A stretch of DNA of 64,000 nucleotides. Origin: an uncultured delta proteobacterium (GTDB lineage Bacteria > Myxococcota > Myxococcia > Myxococcales > Myxococcaceae). The position numbers were made by a program, and so were the translations under genes. The stretch lies in assembly GCA_963776345.1 (NCBI GenBank), contig CAVZMH010000020.1, positions 64,001-128,000 of the forward strand. The letters are read 5' to 3'. The stretch's first letter is position 1; every line of letters starts with the position of its first letter. This document shows positions 42,051-52,134 of this stretch, piece by piece. The notes under the pieces are model-generated. The model was not told where the DNA came from, ran no database searches, and saw only the letters and a list, made by a program, of their open reading frames with translations.

Positions 42051-42762
42051 CTAGACCAGCTCGGACAGCGCCCGCCGCAGCCGTGCCCGGCGCAGCGGCC
42101 CGATGAGCCGCATCTCGGCGAGGTGATCCACGAACTCGGCGAGCGCCCCGCGCTGCTCCGGCTCCAGCCGGGCGGCCGCCGCCTCGAGGTGCTCGCGGGA
42201 CACCGAGATCCGGCCCCTCGGACCAGGCCACCCCGCAGAGCGACTGCGCCGCGATGCGGCGGCTCCGCCGCTCGGCGCCGTCCTGTCCACCGGCGAAGGC
42301 GTTCTCCAGCGCGGTCACCCGGTCCGGGGTCAGGATCGCCAGCGCGGCGAGCGTCTCCAGCGACTCGGCCACGAACGCCGCGTCGAAGCCGTCGGCCGGC
42401 AGGTCGTCGCCGAAGGCCTCGTCGAGCAGCACCGCCCCGAGGAGCGCGTCCACTTGCTCGGGTGTCGCCCCCTCCGCCTCCAGAGCGCCGCGTGCGCGCT
42501 CGAGCGGGCCCACCAGCCGCTCGTCGTCGCCGAGGACGGTGGTGGCGGTGTGCGCGGCGAGGACCAGGAGCGCGTTCTGCGCCTCCTCCGGCGGGTGCGC
42601 CTTGCCTGCGGCCCGCTCCACCGCGGACCAGAGGTCCGGCCGCGCCCGCGCCGCCAGCACGAATGCCTGGTCGGTTGGCTCGTCCGGCGCGCAGCCGTTC
42701 CGGCGCTGCCAGACGCCCCACGCGGTCTGGAAATCCATGTACCGTCCGAGGGCGGGGTGCAT
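42051..42762 (-). CDS. Hypothetical helical protein; frameshift near 42215
   Basis: MHPALGRY...LLDEAFG...AWSEG continues in another frame as ISVSREHLE...LIGPLRRARL*. Confidence 0.6.
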
Positions 42763-42767
42763 GCACC

Positions 42768-43235
42768 GTGAGGCGTAACACCGCTGGAGCCACCGGGGGA
42801 ACGGGTCTTCGAGCGCTGCGCACGCTCGCTCGCCGGGAGGTGTCCACGGCCGCGCTGCGGGAAGCGCTGCGTCGCGCCGGGCTGTCCGAGCCCGAGGTCG
42901 AGGCCGAGCTGGAGGCCGCGGTGCGGCTGGGGGCCCTCGACGACCGCCGCTCGGCGCGCGCCCGGGCGCTGGCCCTGGTGCTCCGGGGCGGCTGGGCCCG
43001 CGACGCGATGGCTGCCCGCCTCGTTCAGCAGGGTTACCCGCCGGCGGTGGCGGAGGAGGCGCTCGCCGAGGCCATCCGCGACGAGGGATGGGACGCTCGC
43101 GCCGCGGCCGCCCGGGCCATCGTGCAGGGCGAGCCGCCCCGGCGCTCCGCTCGAAGGCTCCTGGCCCGGGGCTTCGCCAGGGCCCTCGTCCGGGAGCTGC
43201 TTCCCGGGGTGGAAGGGATGGAGGAAGGAGGCTAG
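42768..43235 (+). CDS. recX: RecX-family regulator (start uncertain)
   Basis: ALRTLARREVSTAALREAL...GALDDRR...RLVQQGY...RRLLARGF. Confidence 0.75.
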   Translation: MRRNTAGATGGTGLRALRTLARREVSTAALREALRRAGLSEPEVEAELEAAVRLGALDDRRSARARALALVLRGGWARDAMAARLVQQGYPPAVAEEALAEAIRDEGWDARAAAARAIVQGEPPRRSARRLLARGFARALVRELLPGVEGMEEGG

Positions 43236-43251
43236 GGTGTTCGCCCTTTCG

Positions 43252-44028
43252 ATGCGCCTGCACCGTCTCCTCCCGCTCGCCGCCCTCGTCCTCGTGCCCG
43301 CCTGCGGCCTGTTCGCCAACAACGGCGACTTCGGCGAGCCGGATTACGCCAGCGAGGCGAGCACCAACCTCAAGCGCGGGGACGAGGCGCTCGACTCCAG
43401 CCAGTACCAGCTGGCCGAGAAGTACTTCGAGTACGTGAAGACCAAGTTCCCGTTCCTCGAGGCCTCGCGGCAGGCCGAGCTCCGGCTGGCCGACGTGTCG
43501 TTCGACCGGGAGCTCTGGACCGAGGCGGCGGACCGCTACAACGGCTTCGTGAAGCTCCACCCCACGCACCCCAAGGTGGACTATGCGGCGTACCGCGCCG
43601 CCCTGTCCTACTACCGCGACACGCCCAGCGACTGGTTCATGCTCCCCTCCTCGAGCGAGAAGGACCAGACACAGGTCCGGGCCGCCTGGGAAGCGCTGAA
43701 CACCTTCACCAAGACCTACCCGCAGTCCCAGTACATCGAGGACGCCCGGAAGAAGCAGACCCAGGTGCGCGAGCGCCTGGTGGGTCACGAGGTCTACGTG
43801 GCCGATTTCTACGAGAAGCGCGATCGCTGGTCCGCCGCCGCGAGCCGCCTGGAGACCGTGCTGCAGAAGTACCCCGGCCCGGACGACGAGAAGTACCTCT
43901 TCCGGCTGCACGACCTGTACTCGCGGCTCAAGGACCAGAACCGGGCGCGCGATGCGCTCCAGCGGGTCATCACCCGGGTCCCGGGCTCGCCCGCAGCGGA
44001 GAAGGCCCGCCAGATGCTCGGCTCGTGA
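43252..44028 (+). CDS. bamD: Outer membrane protein assembly factor BamD
   Basis: Lipoprotein signal (VPAC), TPRs, FVKLHPTHPKVDYA, DQT, HEVYVADFY. Confidence 0.9.
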   Translation: MRLHRLLPLAALVLVPACGLFANNGDFGEPDYASEASTNLKRGDEALDSSQYQLAEKYFEYVKTKFPFLEASRQAELRLADVSFDRELWTEAADRYNGFVKLHPTHPKVDYAAYRAALSYYRDTPSDWFMLPSSSEKDQTQVRAAWEALNTFTKTYPQSQYIEDARKKQTQVRERLVGHEVYVADFYEKRDRWSAAASRLETVLQKYPGPDDEKYLFRLHDLYSRLKDQNRARDALQRVITRVPGSPAAEKARQMLGS

Positions 44029-44732
44029 CCCCCGCGGGCGGCGAGCGCCGCGGCACCCGCGCGGTGGCGGTGCTGCTCGGGCTCGCCGTGCTCGCCGGGG
44101 CCGTGTGGGCGCTCCTTCCGCGCCTGCTCGGCGCCGCGGGCGGGCCGGAGCCGGAGCTGGTCTCGGCGCTCCGGACCGCCGAGCTGTCCCGCGCGCCCAT
44201 CGCGGTGCCCGGCGGTCCGCCGTTCGAGCCGCGGAGCCTGCGCTTCGACCGGTTCAGCGCCACGGTGGACGGAGACCGGGCCTCGGTGGTGGCCACGCTC
44301 GACGCCTCCGGTGTGTCCGGCGGGGTGCAGGTGTCGTCCCTCGGACGGGAGAAGGTCCAGTTCGTACGACGCGGTGGACGGTGGACCCCGGACGGACCGC
44401 TCGCGCCGGCGCTGGCGGGGGCGCTGGGGGCGCTCTGGCGACGGGCGGCGCTGCTCTCCGGCAGCTCCCCGGACGCGCTCGGGCCGATGGTGGTCGCGAC
44501 CGACCGGGAGCGGTCGCTCTCGGACGCACGGCTCGAGCCGGTCCTCCGCCTCCCGGACCACCGGTGGGAGCCGCGCGCCTGGTACCTCCGCTCCGAGCGC
44601 GGGGAGGTGCTGGTCACCGAGGAGGCGTTCCTGGCCTCGCCGTCCCGGAGCCCGGAGCCCAGGACCGGACGGCTCCGGCTCCTGTCCTCCGGCGATGCTG
44701 GAGTTTTCGTCTTCGCCGGGACCTTGCTGTAG
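44025..44732 (+). CDS. Hypothetical membrane-anchored protein
   Basis: GTG overlaps the bamD stop; N-terminal TM helix. Confidence 0.55.
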   Translation: MTPAGGERRGTRAVAVLLGLAVLAGAVWALLPRLLGAAGGPEPELVSALRTAELSRAPIAVPGGPPFEPRSLRFDRFSATVDGDRASVVATLDASGVSGGVQVSSLGREKVQFVRRGGRWTPDGPLAPALAGALGALWRRAALLSGSSPDALGPMVVATDRERSLSDARLEPVLRLPDHRWEPRAWYLRSERGEVLVTEEAFLASPSRSPEPRTGRLRLLSSGDAGVFVFAGTLL

Positions 44733-44747
44733 GGTGACCACACCACG

Positions 44748-45692
44748 ATGGCAGCGTCGAGCGGCGACACGGCCTGGGCCCTCCGGTTCATCTCGGGCAA
44801 GTACCAGGGGGGCGAGTTCCCCCTGAAGATGAGCCGTCAGGTCATCATCGGCCGCTCGAGCGAGCTGGACATGGTCCTGGTCGAGGACATGGTCAGCCGG
44901 AAGCACGCGAAGATCACCGTCGGCCCCGGCAAGGTGCTCATCGAGGACCTGGGCAGCACCAACGGCACCTTCGTCAACGGAGAGAAGATCCGCCAGGCCC
45001 GGCTCAAGGAGGGAGACCGCATCCTCATCGGCACCTCCATCCTCAAGCTGGTGCAGCGCGAGGGCGGCGCCCAGAGCGAGCTGTCCGACGCCGAGATGCG
45101 CGAGCGCCTGGAGGAGGCGGCGCAGGTCCAGGCGGCGAAGACCAACAAGACCTCGTCGATGACCGGGAAGATCGAGGACATCCCGCTCCCGGACCTGCTC
45201 CAGCTCTTCCACACCTCCAAGAAGAACGGCGTGCTGGTGGTCACCGGCGCGCACGAGGGCCGCATCTATCTGCGCCAGGGCCGCGTCTACTACGCGGTGG
45301 TGGACGGAGATCACGCCCTGGGTCCGCAGAAGAGCTTCAACCGGATCATCACCTGGGAGGAGGGGGACTTCGAGCTCCAGCCCCCCGACGGCCAGGAGTT
45401 CATGGTCGAGCTGGATCGCTCGACCGAGGCACTCCTCATGGACGCGCTCCGGCTGCTCGACGAGTACAAGCGCATCGAGGGGAAGATCCCGGCGGCCGAT
45501 GCCCCGCTCCTGCTCCGGCGCCCGCTGGTCCCGAGGCTGCGAGACCTCTCGCCCGAGCAGCTGGACGTGCTCCAGCTGGTGCACAACCACGGCACGCTGC
45601 GCGCGGTGATGGACCACTCCGAGGCCGACGACGTGACCATCGCCGAGGCGATTCTCGAGCTGATGCGCAAGGATTACGTGCGCAGCGGCTGA
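44748..45692 (+). CDS. FHA + DUF4388 (PATAN-like) signalling protein
   Basis: IGR...VSRKHA...DLGSTNGTFVNG; MTGKIEDIPLPDLLQLFHTSKKNGVL. Confidence 0.88.
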   Translation: MAASSGDTAWALRFISGKYQGGEFPLKMSRQVIIGRSSELDMVLVEDMVSRKHAKITVGPGKVLIEDLGSTNGTFVNGEKIRQARLKEGDRILIGTSILKLVQREGGAQSELSDAEMRERLEEAAQVQAAKTNKTSSMTGKIEDIPLPDLLQLFHTSKKNGVLVVTGAHEGRIYLRQGRVYYAVVDGDHALGPQKSFNRIITWEEGDFELQPPDGQEFMVELDRSTEALLMDALRLLDEYKRIEGKIPAADAPLLLRRPLVPRLRDLSPEQLDVLQLVHNHGTLRAVMDHSEADDVTIAEAILELMRKDYVRSG

Positions 45693-45714
45693 TTCCGGGG
45701 CAGAAGAAGCCCCC

Positions 45715-46764
45715 ATGAGCCACGAGACGCCGCGGCGACTGACCCAGTTCAGTCACTGCGCCGGTTGAGCCGCCAAGCTCCGACCGGCGGAACTGGCGCA
45801 GGTCCTGCGCCGCCTGAAGACCCGGAAGGACCCGCGGGCGCTGGTGGGGTTCGCCACGCACGACGACGCCGCGGTGTACCGTCTGTCGCCCCGGGTGGCG
45901 GTGGTCTCCACCGTCGACTTCTTCCCCCCGGTGGTGGACGACCCCTTCGCCTTCGGGCAGATCGCCGCCGCCAACGCGCTCTCGGACGTCTGGGCCATGG
46001 GGGCCCGCCCGCTGTTCGCGCTGAACCTCGTCGCCTTCCCCACCCAGGCGCTCCCGATGGAGACGCTGGTCCGCATCCTCGAGGGCGGGCAGAGCAAGGC
46101 GGACGAGGCGGGCATCCCCATCCTCGGCGGGCACTCGGTGGACGACCCCGAGCCCAAGTACGGGATGGCGGTCACCGGCGTGGTCCATCCGCGGCGCATC
46201 CTCACCAACGCCGGCGGCCGCCCCGGGGATCTGCTGCTGCTCACCAAGCCGCTGGGGTCGGGCATCGCCACCACCGCCATCAAGCGCGGGCTCGCCTCCC
46301 GGGAGCTCGAGCGCCGGGTGGTGGCGCTGATGTCCGCGCTGAACCGCGCCGCGGGCGAGGTCTTCGCCTCCGGCAAGTTCCCGGTGCACGCGCTGACCGA
46401 CGTCACCGGCTTCGGGCTCCTCGGGCACCTGACCGAGATGGCGATGGGGGCGAGGCTCCGGGCCCGCCTGCTCCTCGAGCGCGTCCCCATCCTCGCCGGG
46501 GTGCCGGGGCTCGCCGAGCAGGGGGTGATCCCGGGTGGGACAGCGGCCAACCTGGAACACTTCGCCGCCCACGTCCGCTTCCCCCCGGGGCTGCCGGAGC
46601 CCATCCGTCTCGTCCTCGCCGACGCCCAGACCAACGGCGGGCTGCTCGCGGCGATCCCCGCCTCCGCCCGGGCGCGTGCCGAGCGGGCGCTCTCCCGGGC
46701 CGGGGTGGAGGTGGCGGTGGTCGGGGAGCTGTCCCGGGGTCGCCCCCGGATCGACGTCGAGTGA
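45715..46764 (+). CDS. selD: Selenide,water dikinase (selenophosphate synthetase), selenoprotein with Sec at codon 18
   Basis: MSHETPRRLTQFSHCAG-U-AAKL (TGA 45766-45768) in frame with DDAAVY, TVDFFPP, ANALSDVWAMG, LTKPLG, TDVTGFGLLGH, DAQTNGGLL. Confidence 0.93.
45781..45798 (+). promoter_or_regulatory. Candidate bacterial SECIS hairpin
   Basis: CG(A)CCGG-CGGAA-CUGG-CG; G-containing loop starts 19 nt after the UGA. Confidence 0.45.
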
Positions 46765-46822
46765 AGCCCCGGGTCCGCTCGAGTGGGCCGGGCCGCGCGT
46801 TGCAGTAACATGCCGGGACGGG

Positions 46823-47602
46823 ATGACCTTCGCTCTGGGGCTCTGCACCGCCTTGCTCGTCGCCGCCGCCCCTGCGCCGCGCCCGCGCGTGGTGATCGAC
46901 CCCGGGCACGGCGGCGCGCAGGAAGGGGCGATCGGCCCCGACGGGCAGCTGGAGAAGGCCGTCTCGCTCGACGTCGCTCGCCGGCTCAAGGCCGCGCTGG
47001 AGCACGAGGGCGTGGAGGTGCTCCTCACTCGCGAGCAGGACCTGCTGCTGGCCCTCGCCGACCGGGTGACCTTCGCCAACCAGGCCCGGCCGGACCTCTT
47101 CGTCTCCCTGCACCTGAACTCGATGCCCACCCGCCGGCTGCGGGCCAAGCTCGAGGGGGTGCAGACCTTCTTCCTCTCGGCCAGCGCCTCGGGCGAGGAC
47201 GCGCGGCGGGTGGCGGAGCTGGAGAACGCCGACTCGGCCGGGGCCGGCGCACCCGAGCCCACCGACACCCTGGCCTTCATCCTCTCCGACCTCCGCCGGA
47301 GCGAGGCCCACGCCGACAGCGCACGGCTGGCCTACGCCATCCACTCGCGACTGGTGGCCGCCTCCGGCGGTGGCGACCACGGGGTGCAGCAGGCGCCGTT
47401 CTTCGTCCTCACCGGGGTGGAGGCCCCGGCGGTGCTGGTGGAGTTCGGCTTCATCTCCCATCCCGAGGAGAGCCGGAAGCTCGCCCGGCCCGAGTACCGG
47501 GACCGCATCGCCCAGGCCGTCGCCGACGGGGTCCGCGCCTTCCTGACCCAGACCGCCGCGCGCGACCGCCGCCCGCCGGTGGTCTCCTCCGCGCCGCCCT
47601 GA
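46823..47602 (+). CDS. N-acetylmuramoyl-L-alanine amidase (Amidase_3)
   Basis: VVIDPGHGG, EK, LTR, FVSLHLNS, AVLVEFGFISH. Confidence 0.92.
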   Translation: MTFALGLCTALLVAAAPAPRPRVVIDPGHGGAQEGAIGPDGQLEKAVSLDVARRLKAALEHEGVEVLLTREQDLLLALADRVTFANQARPDLFVSLHLNSMPTRRLRAKLEGVQTFFLSASASGEDARRVAELENADSAGAGAPEPTDTLAFILSDLRRSEAHADSARLAYAIHSRLVAASGGGDHGVQQAPFFVLTGVEAPAVLVEFGFISHPEESRKLARPEYRDRIAQAVADGVRAFLTQTAARDRRPPVVSSAPP

Positions 47603-47620
47603 GAAGCTCCCTCGATTGAC

Positions 47621-48337
47621 ATGCGCTCCTTCGACCGCGGCCTGCTCGATCTCCGTCCCTTGACCATCACCCCCGGGGTGTCCCGCCATGCCGAGGGCTC
47701 GGCAGAGGTCCGGCTGGGCCACACCTGGGTGCGCGTCACCTGCTCGGTGGAGGAGCGCGTCCCGCCCCACCTCATGGGCAAGAACAGCGGCTGGGTCACC
47801 GCCGAGTACGGGATGCTGCCCCGGAGCACCCACACCCGCTCCGCCCGAGAGGCGGCCAAGGGCAAGCAGAGCGGGCGCACCCAGGAGATCCAGCGGCTCA
47901 TCGGGCGGGCGCTCCGGGCGTCGGTGGAGCTCGGCCAGCTCGGCCCGCGCACCTTCACCCTGGACTGCGACGTCATCGAGGCGGACGGCGGCACCCGCTG
48001 CGCCTCCATCACCGCCGCGTACGTGGCGCTGGCGCAGGCGACACGGGCTCTCCAGGGTCGGAAGGTGCTCTCCAGCCTGCCGAGGATGGTTCCCGTCGCC
48101 GCGGTGTCGGTGGGCATCCTGAAGGGCGACGTGGTGACCGACCTCGACTACCAGGAGGACAGCGCGGCCGAGGTGGACATGAACGTGGTCGCCACCGGCG
48201 AGGGCAAGCTGGTGGAGGTCCAGGGCACGGCGGAGAAGGGCTCCTTCGCCCGGGCCGAGCTGGACGCGCTCATCGACGCGGGCCTCGCCGGGGTGGCCAG
48301 GCTGGTCGAGGCGCAACGCCGCGCGCTCGGCGGATGA
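47621..48337 (+). CDS. rph: Ribonuclease PH
   Basis: [44 protein letters not shown]. Confidence 0.97.
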   Translation: MRSFDRGLLDLRPLTITPGVSRHAEGSAEVRLGHTWVRVTCSVEERVPPHLMGKNSGWVTAEYGMLPRSTHTRSAREAAKGKQSGRTQEIQRLIGRALRASVELGQLGPRTFTLDCDVIEADGGTRCASITAAYVALAQATRALQGRKVLSSLPRMVPVAAVSVGILKGDVVTDLDYQEDSAAEVDMNVVATGEGKLVEVQGTAEKGSFARAELDALIDAGLAGVARLVEAQRRALGG

Positions 48338-48927
48338 GGCTCCTGGTCGCCACCCGGAACGCCGGGAAGCTCCGGGAGGTCAGGGCGCGGGTGCAGGGCC
48401 TCGAGGTGGTGTCGCTCGACGACGTGCCCCCGATGCCCGAGGTGGAGGAGACCGAGGACACGCTGGAAGGCAATGCGGCGCTCAAGGCAAGGGCCGCGGC
48501 GCGGGCCTCGGGGCTGTGGAGCGTCTCGGACGACTCGGGACTCTTCGTCGATGCGCTCGGAGCCGCCCCGGGGGTGCGCTCGGCCCGCTACGCGCCGGGC
48601 GACGACGCCGCGCGGGTCAGCAAGCTCCTCCGGGAGATGGAGCGAGTCGCCGACGGCGCGCGCGGCGCGGCGTTCCGCTGCGCCCTGGCGCTGGCCTCGC
48701 CCGCGGGGGAGGTGCGGCTGGCGCAGGGGGAGTGCCGGGGGACCATCCTCCGTGCGCCGCGGGGGAGCGGCGGGTTCGGCTACGACCCGGTGTTCCTGGT
48801 CCCGGAGCTCGGGCGGACGATGGCCGAGCTCACGCTCGAGGAGAAGGGGCGCATCTCCCACCGGGCGCGGGCGCTGGACGCGCTGGAGCCGGAGCTGGCG
48901 CGACTCGGCTCGTCCTCGCCCCGGTAG
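48334..48927 (+). CDS. rdgB: RdgB/HAM1 non-canonical purine NTP pyrophosphatase
   Basis: [32 protein letters not shown]; coupled to rph. Confidence 0.95.
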   Translation: MRLLVATRNAGKLREVRARVQGLEVVSLDDVPPMPEVEETEDTLEGNAALKARAAARASGLWSVSDDSGLFVDALGAAPGVRSARYAPGDDAARVSKLLREMERVADGARGAAFRCALALASPAGEVRLAQGECRGTILRAPRGSGGFGYDPVFLVPELGRTMAELTLEEKGRISHRARALDALEPELARLGSSSPR

Positions 48928-48949
48928 TCCGGCCCGGGCCGTGCGACTT

Positions 48950-49471
48950 CTAGGCGCCGAGGGTGGGAGGAGCCGGGCGGTCGTCGAGCCGCCGCTCGAG
49001 GAAGGTGAGGTCGAGCCAGCGGCCGAACTTGCAGCCCACGTGGTGGAGCGTGCCGGCGCGCTGGAAGCCGAGCCGCTCGTGGAGGCGGATGGAGACGAGG
49101 TTGTCCGCGTCCACGCCGGCCACCATCACGTGCTTGCCGAGCGTGGTGGCCCGGTCGAGCAGCACGCGCACCAGCTCCCGCCCCACGCCTCTCCCTCGGG
49201 CGTCTGCCCGGACGTGGACGCTGTGCTCGACCGTGTGCCGGTAGCCGGGCCAGCTGCGGAAGTCACCGAAGCTCGCGAACCCGAGGACGCCGGAGGCGTC
49301 GGTCGCGACCAGGACCGGGTATCCGAGGTCACGTCGGGCCCGGAACCACCGCAGCCGCTCCTCGAGCGTGGTCGGCACCTCGGAGAAGATGGCGGTCGAG
49401 GTGGCGAGCACGTCGTTGTAGATGGCGAGGATCGCCGGGACATCGGCCTCGGTCGCGTCGCGGATGCTCAC
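48950..49471 (-). CDS. GNAT acetyltransferase, phosphinothricin/methionine-sulfoximine (YncA/Pat) type
   Basis: AILAIYN...TAIF, YRHTVEHSVHV, RGRGVG, SIRLHERLGF, KFGRWLD. Confidence 0.88.
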   Translation of the reverse strand: MSIRDATEADVPAILAIYNDVLATSTAIFSEVPTTLEERLRWFRARRDLGYPVLVATDASGVLGFASFGDFRSWPGYRHTVEHSVHVRADARGRGVGRELVRVLLDRATTLGKHVMVAGVDADNLVSIRLHERLGFQRAGTLHHVGCKFGRWLDLTFLERRLDDRPAPPTLGA

Positions 49472-49603
49472 TCCCGGGAGGTTCTCGCAGCGCCCTGCCC
49501 GCTGGCCAGCACAGTCACCGGCTCGCTGCCTGGAGCAGCCCGCGCATACCGCGCTCGCTTTCTCCGTTCCAGCCGGTCCTGCTCCGGCGTACCGTGGCGG
49601 GCG

Positions 49604-49885
49604 ATGAGAGCGGTGAAGCCGACGACGACCCCGGCAGTGGGCTGCCCGCGGCGCAGCGCGCTCCATCTGACCGAGGTCCTGGCGCCGGCCATCCTGGCGC
49701 TGGCCGGCTGCGCGATGCTCGGCCCCGAGACCACGCTCAGGCAGCAGATGACGGCCCTGCACGGCTGCCCCGAGGAGCAGCTGAAGGTCACCGGCCTCGG
49801 CGGCTCCCGCTACCAGGTCGAGGGCTGCGGGTCGACCGAGACCTTCGTCTGCGGACAGACCGACGGATGGGTCTGCAACCGGTGA
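49604..49885 (+). CDS. Small Cys-containing lipoprotein (start uncertain)
   Basis: Lipobox LAGC; CPEEQL...YQVEGCG...FVC. Confidence 0.55.
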   Translation: MRAVKPTTTPAVGCPRRSALHLTEVLAPAILALAGCAMLGPETTLRQQMTALHGCPEEQLKVTGLGGSRYQVEGCGSTETFVCGQTDGWVCNR

Positions 49886-49942
49886 CGGCGGCTCCCGCCC
49901 TTGACCGGGTGCGTCTCCCCGTGTTCTCTACCGCGACCGACT

Positions 49943-50018
<76 letters not shown>

Positions 50019-50043
50019 CAAGAACGCCTCACCCACGTGACGC

Positions 50044-51036
50044 TCAGCCGCTGCCTGCGACGCGTGGGCCATCGTCGTCCCGCCGTCCCTCTCGCCAGGC
50101 CGCGGGCGGGACGCCCACCACCTTCTTGAAGGCCCGGCTGAACGCGGCCTCCGAGGCGTAGCCGACCTCGACCGCGGCCTCGAACACGCTGACGTTCCGG
50201 GTACGGAGCAGCGTGGCCGCGAGCTGCATCCGCCAGCGCGTCAGGTACTGCATCGGGGCCTCGCCCACCAGGTGCGCGAAGCGCTCGGCCAGCGCCGAGC
50301 GCGAGAGCGCGGCCTCCTTCGCCAGCGCCTCCACGGTCCACGCCTCCGCCGGGCGGTCGTGCAGCGCCGCGAGCGCCCGGCCGACGTACGGGTCGCGCAG
50401 CCCGGCGAGCCAGCCGGTCTGCCCCGGAGGGAGCGAGGCCACGTAGCGGCGGATGACCTCCACGAACATCAGCTCGCTCGCCCGCGCCAGAACGCACTCG
50501 CCGCCGGTCCGCCCGGCCGAGGACTCCGACACCGCGAGCCGGGCCAGCGCCTCGAGCCATTCGCCGCCGTCGCGCGCGCTCACCCGGAGCACCCGGGGGA
50601 GGGTCGCGAGCAGCGGATTGAAGGGCCGGGCGTCGCAGCCCACGAAGCCGCAGACCAGCTGCGTGCGCTCGTCGCCCCCTCCCTCGCGGAGAAGGAACGG
50701 CAGCTGGCTCCCGACGGGGCGGCGGTAACCGTCGAGCGAGATCTGGCCGCGCATCCCCGGGCTGCTGGAGATGGTGTGCGGGTCGCCGTGCGGGAAGGCG
50801 ATGATGTCTCCCTCCCGGAGCAGGACCGGCTCCTCGCCGACGATGCCCCCCCAGCAGCTGCCCCGGGTGATGAGGTGGTACTCGATCACGTGGTCGATGC
50901 CCGGCATGACGTGTGGAGCGACCTCGCCCGCCGGCAGCGCCTCCGCGGCGAAGGGGGCCGAGGCATCGATGGAGAAGTAGACCGCCCCGGTCAGGCGGAC
51001 CGCGCGCAGCACGTCCGAGAGGACATCGGTGCTCAT
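50044..51036 (-). CDS. AraC-family transcriptional regulator with cupin sensor domain
   Basis: DVLSDVLRAVRL, LSRSALAERF, PMQYLTRWRM, GYASEAAFSRAFK. Confidence 0.93.
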   Translation of the reverse strand: MSTDVLSDVLRAVRLTGAVYFSIDASAPFAAEALPAGEVAPHVMPGIDHVIEYHLITRGSCWGGIVGEEPVLLREGDIIAFPHGDPHTISSSPGMRGQISLDGYRRPVGSQLPFLLREGGGDERTQLVCGFVGCDARPFNPLLATLPRVLRVSARDGGEWLEALARLAVSESSAGRTGGECVLARASELMFVEVIRRYVASLPPGQTGWLAGLRDPYVGRALAALHDRPAEAWTVEALAKEAALSRSALAERFAHLVGEAPMQYLTRWRMQLAATLLRTRNVSVFEAAVEVGYASEAAFSRAFKKVVGVPPAAWREGRRDDDGPRVAGSG

Positions 51037-51198
51037 CGCGGGGTCCGGTTGCGACGCGTCGTGTCGTCCCCGCCGCCGTCGGCGGCCGCGCGGAACGGAC
51101 GGTGGAGCAAGAACTGCGGAGTGCCGGTCAAGCGCGCCTCCGGGGCCACGGACATCAAGAGCCCCGTCGCACGCACCCTTACCCCAGGAGTTCCGTTC

Positions 51199-52035
51199 GT
51201 GACCACCGCAGCCCCCCTGACCGTCGCCCCCGCGCCGGACCTCGCCGCCATCAAGACCCGCCAGCAGGCCACCTGGGCCAGCGGGGACTACGCCGTCATC
51301 GGCACCACCCTCAGCATCGTCGGCGAGTCGCTCTGCGAGGCGGTGGACCTCCGCGCCGGGCAGAACGTCCTGGACGTCGCCTGCGGGAACGGCGCCGCCA
51401 CCCTCGCCGCGGCGCGTCGGTTCTGCACGGTGACGGGTCTGGACTATGTCCCCTCGCTCCTGGCCCGCGCCGAGGAGCGCGCCCGCGCGGAACGGCTGGA
51501 CATCGCCTTCGTCGAGGGAGACGCCGAGGCGCTTCCCTTCCGCGACGGCCAGTTCGACGCGGTGCTCTCCACCTTCGGGGTGATGTTCACCCCCGACCAC
51601 CAGCGGGCGGCGCGCGAGCTGGCGCGGGTGGTGCGCCGGGGCGGGAAGATCGGCCTGGCCTGCTGGACCCCCGACGGGTTCGTGGGCCAGATGTTCGCGC
51701 TGGTGGGCCGCACCATGCCACCCCCCGCCGGCGTCAAGCCCCCGCCGCTCTGGGGCACCGTCCCCCACTGCGAGGAGCTCTTCGGCGACACCGCCGCCTC
51801 GATGCAGGCCCAGCAGCGCGAGTTCGCCTTCCGCTACCTGTCGCCCGAGCACTTCATCGACGTGTTCCGCCGGTTCTACGGGCCGACCCACAAGCTCTAC
51901 GGGGCGCTGCCGGCAGACAAGGCGGCCACCTTCACCGGGGAGCTCACCGAGCTCATCCGCCGATTCAATCGCTCCGGCGACGGGACGGTGGTGATCCCCT
52001 CGAAGTACCTGGAGCTGGTCGTCACCCGGCGCTGA
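51199..52035 (+). CDS. Class I SAM-dependent methyltransferase (UbiE-like), divergent from the AraC gene
   Basis: AGGAG RBS + GTG; WASGDY, VLDVACGNG, GDAEALPF, FDAVLSTFGVMF. Confidence 0.9.
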   Translation: MTTAAPLTVAPAPDLAAIKTRQQATWASGDYAVIGTTLSIVGESLCEAVDLRAGQNVLDVACGNGAATLAAARRFCTVTGLDYVPSLLARAEERARAERLDIAFVEGDAEALPFRDGQFDAVLSTFGVMFTPDHQRAARELARVVRRGGKIGLACWTPDGFVGQMFALVGRTMPPPAGVKPPPLWGTVPHCEELFGDTAASMQAQQREFAFRYLSPEHFIDVFRRFYGPTHKLYGALPADKAATFTGELTELIRRFNRSGDGTVVIPSKYLELVVTRR

Positions 52036-52134
52036 GGCGAGACGCGGCAAGCCCGCGGGCGATCCGACCTTCTCGGCGCCCGCGGGCGAACCGGCGAATG
52101 CCTGCGACAACGTCAACAGACGAGTGAGGCACCC

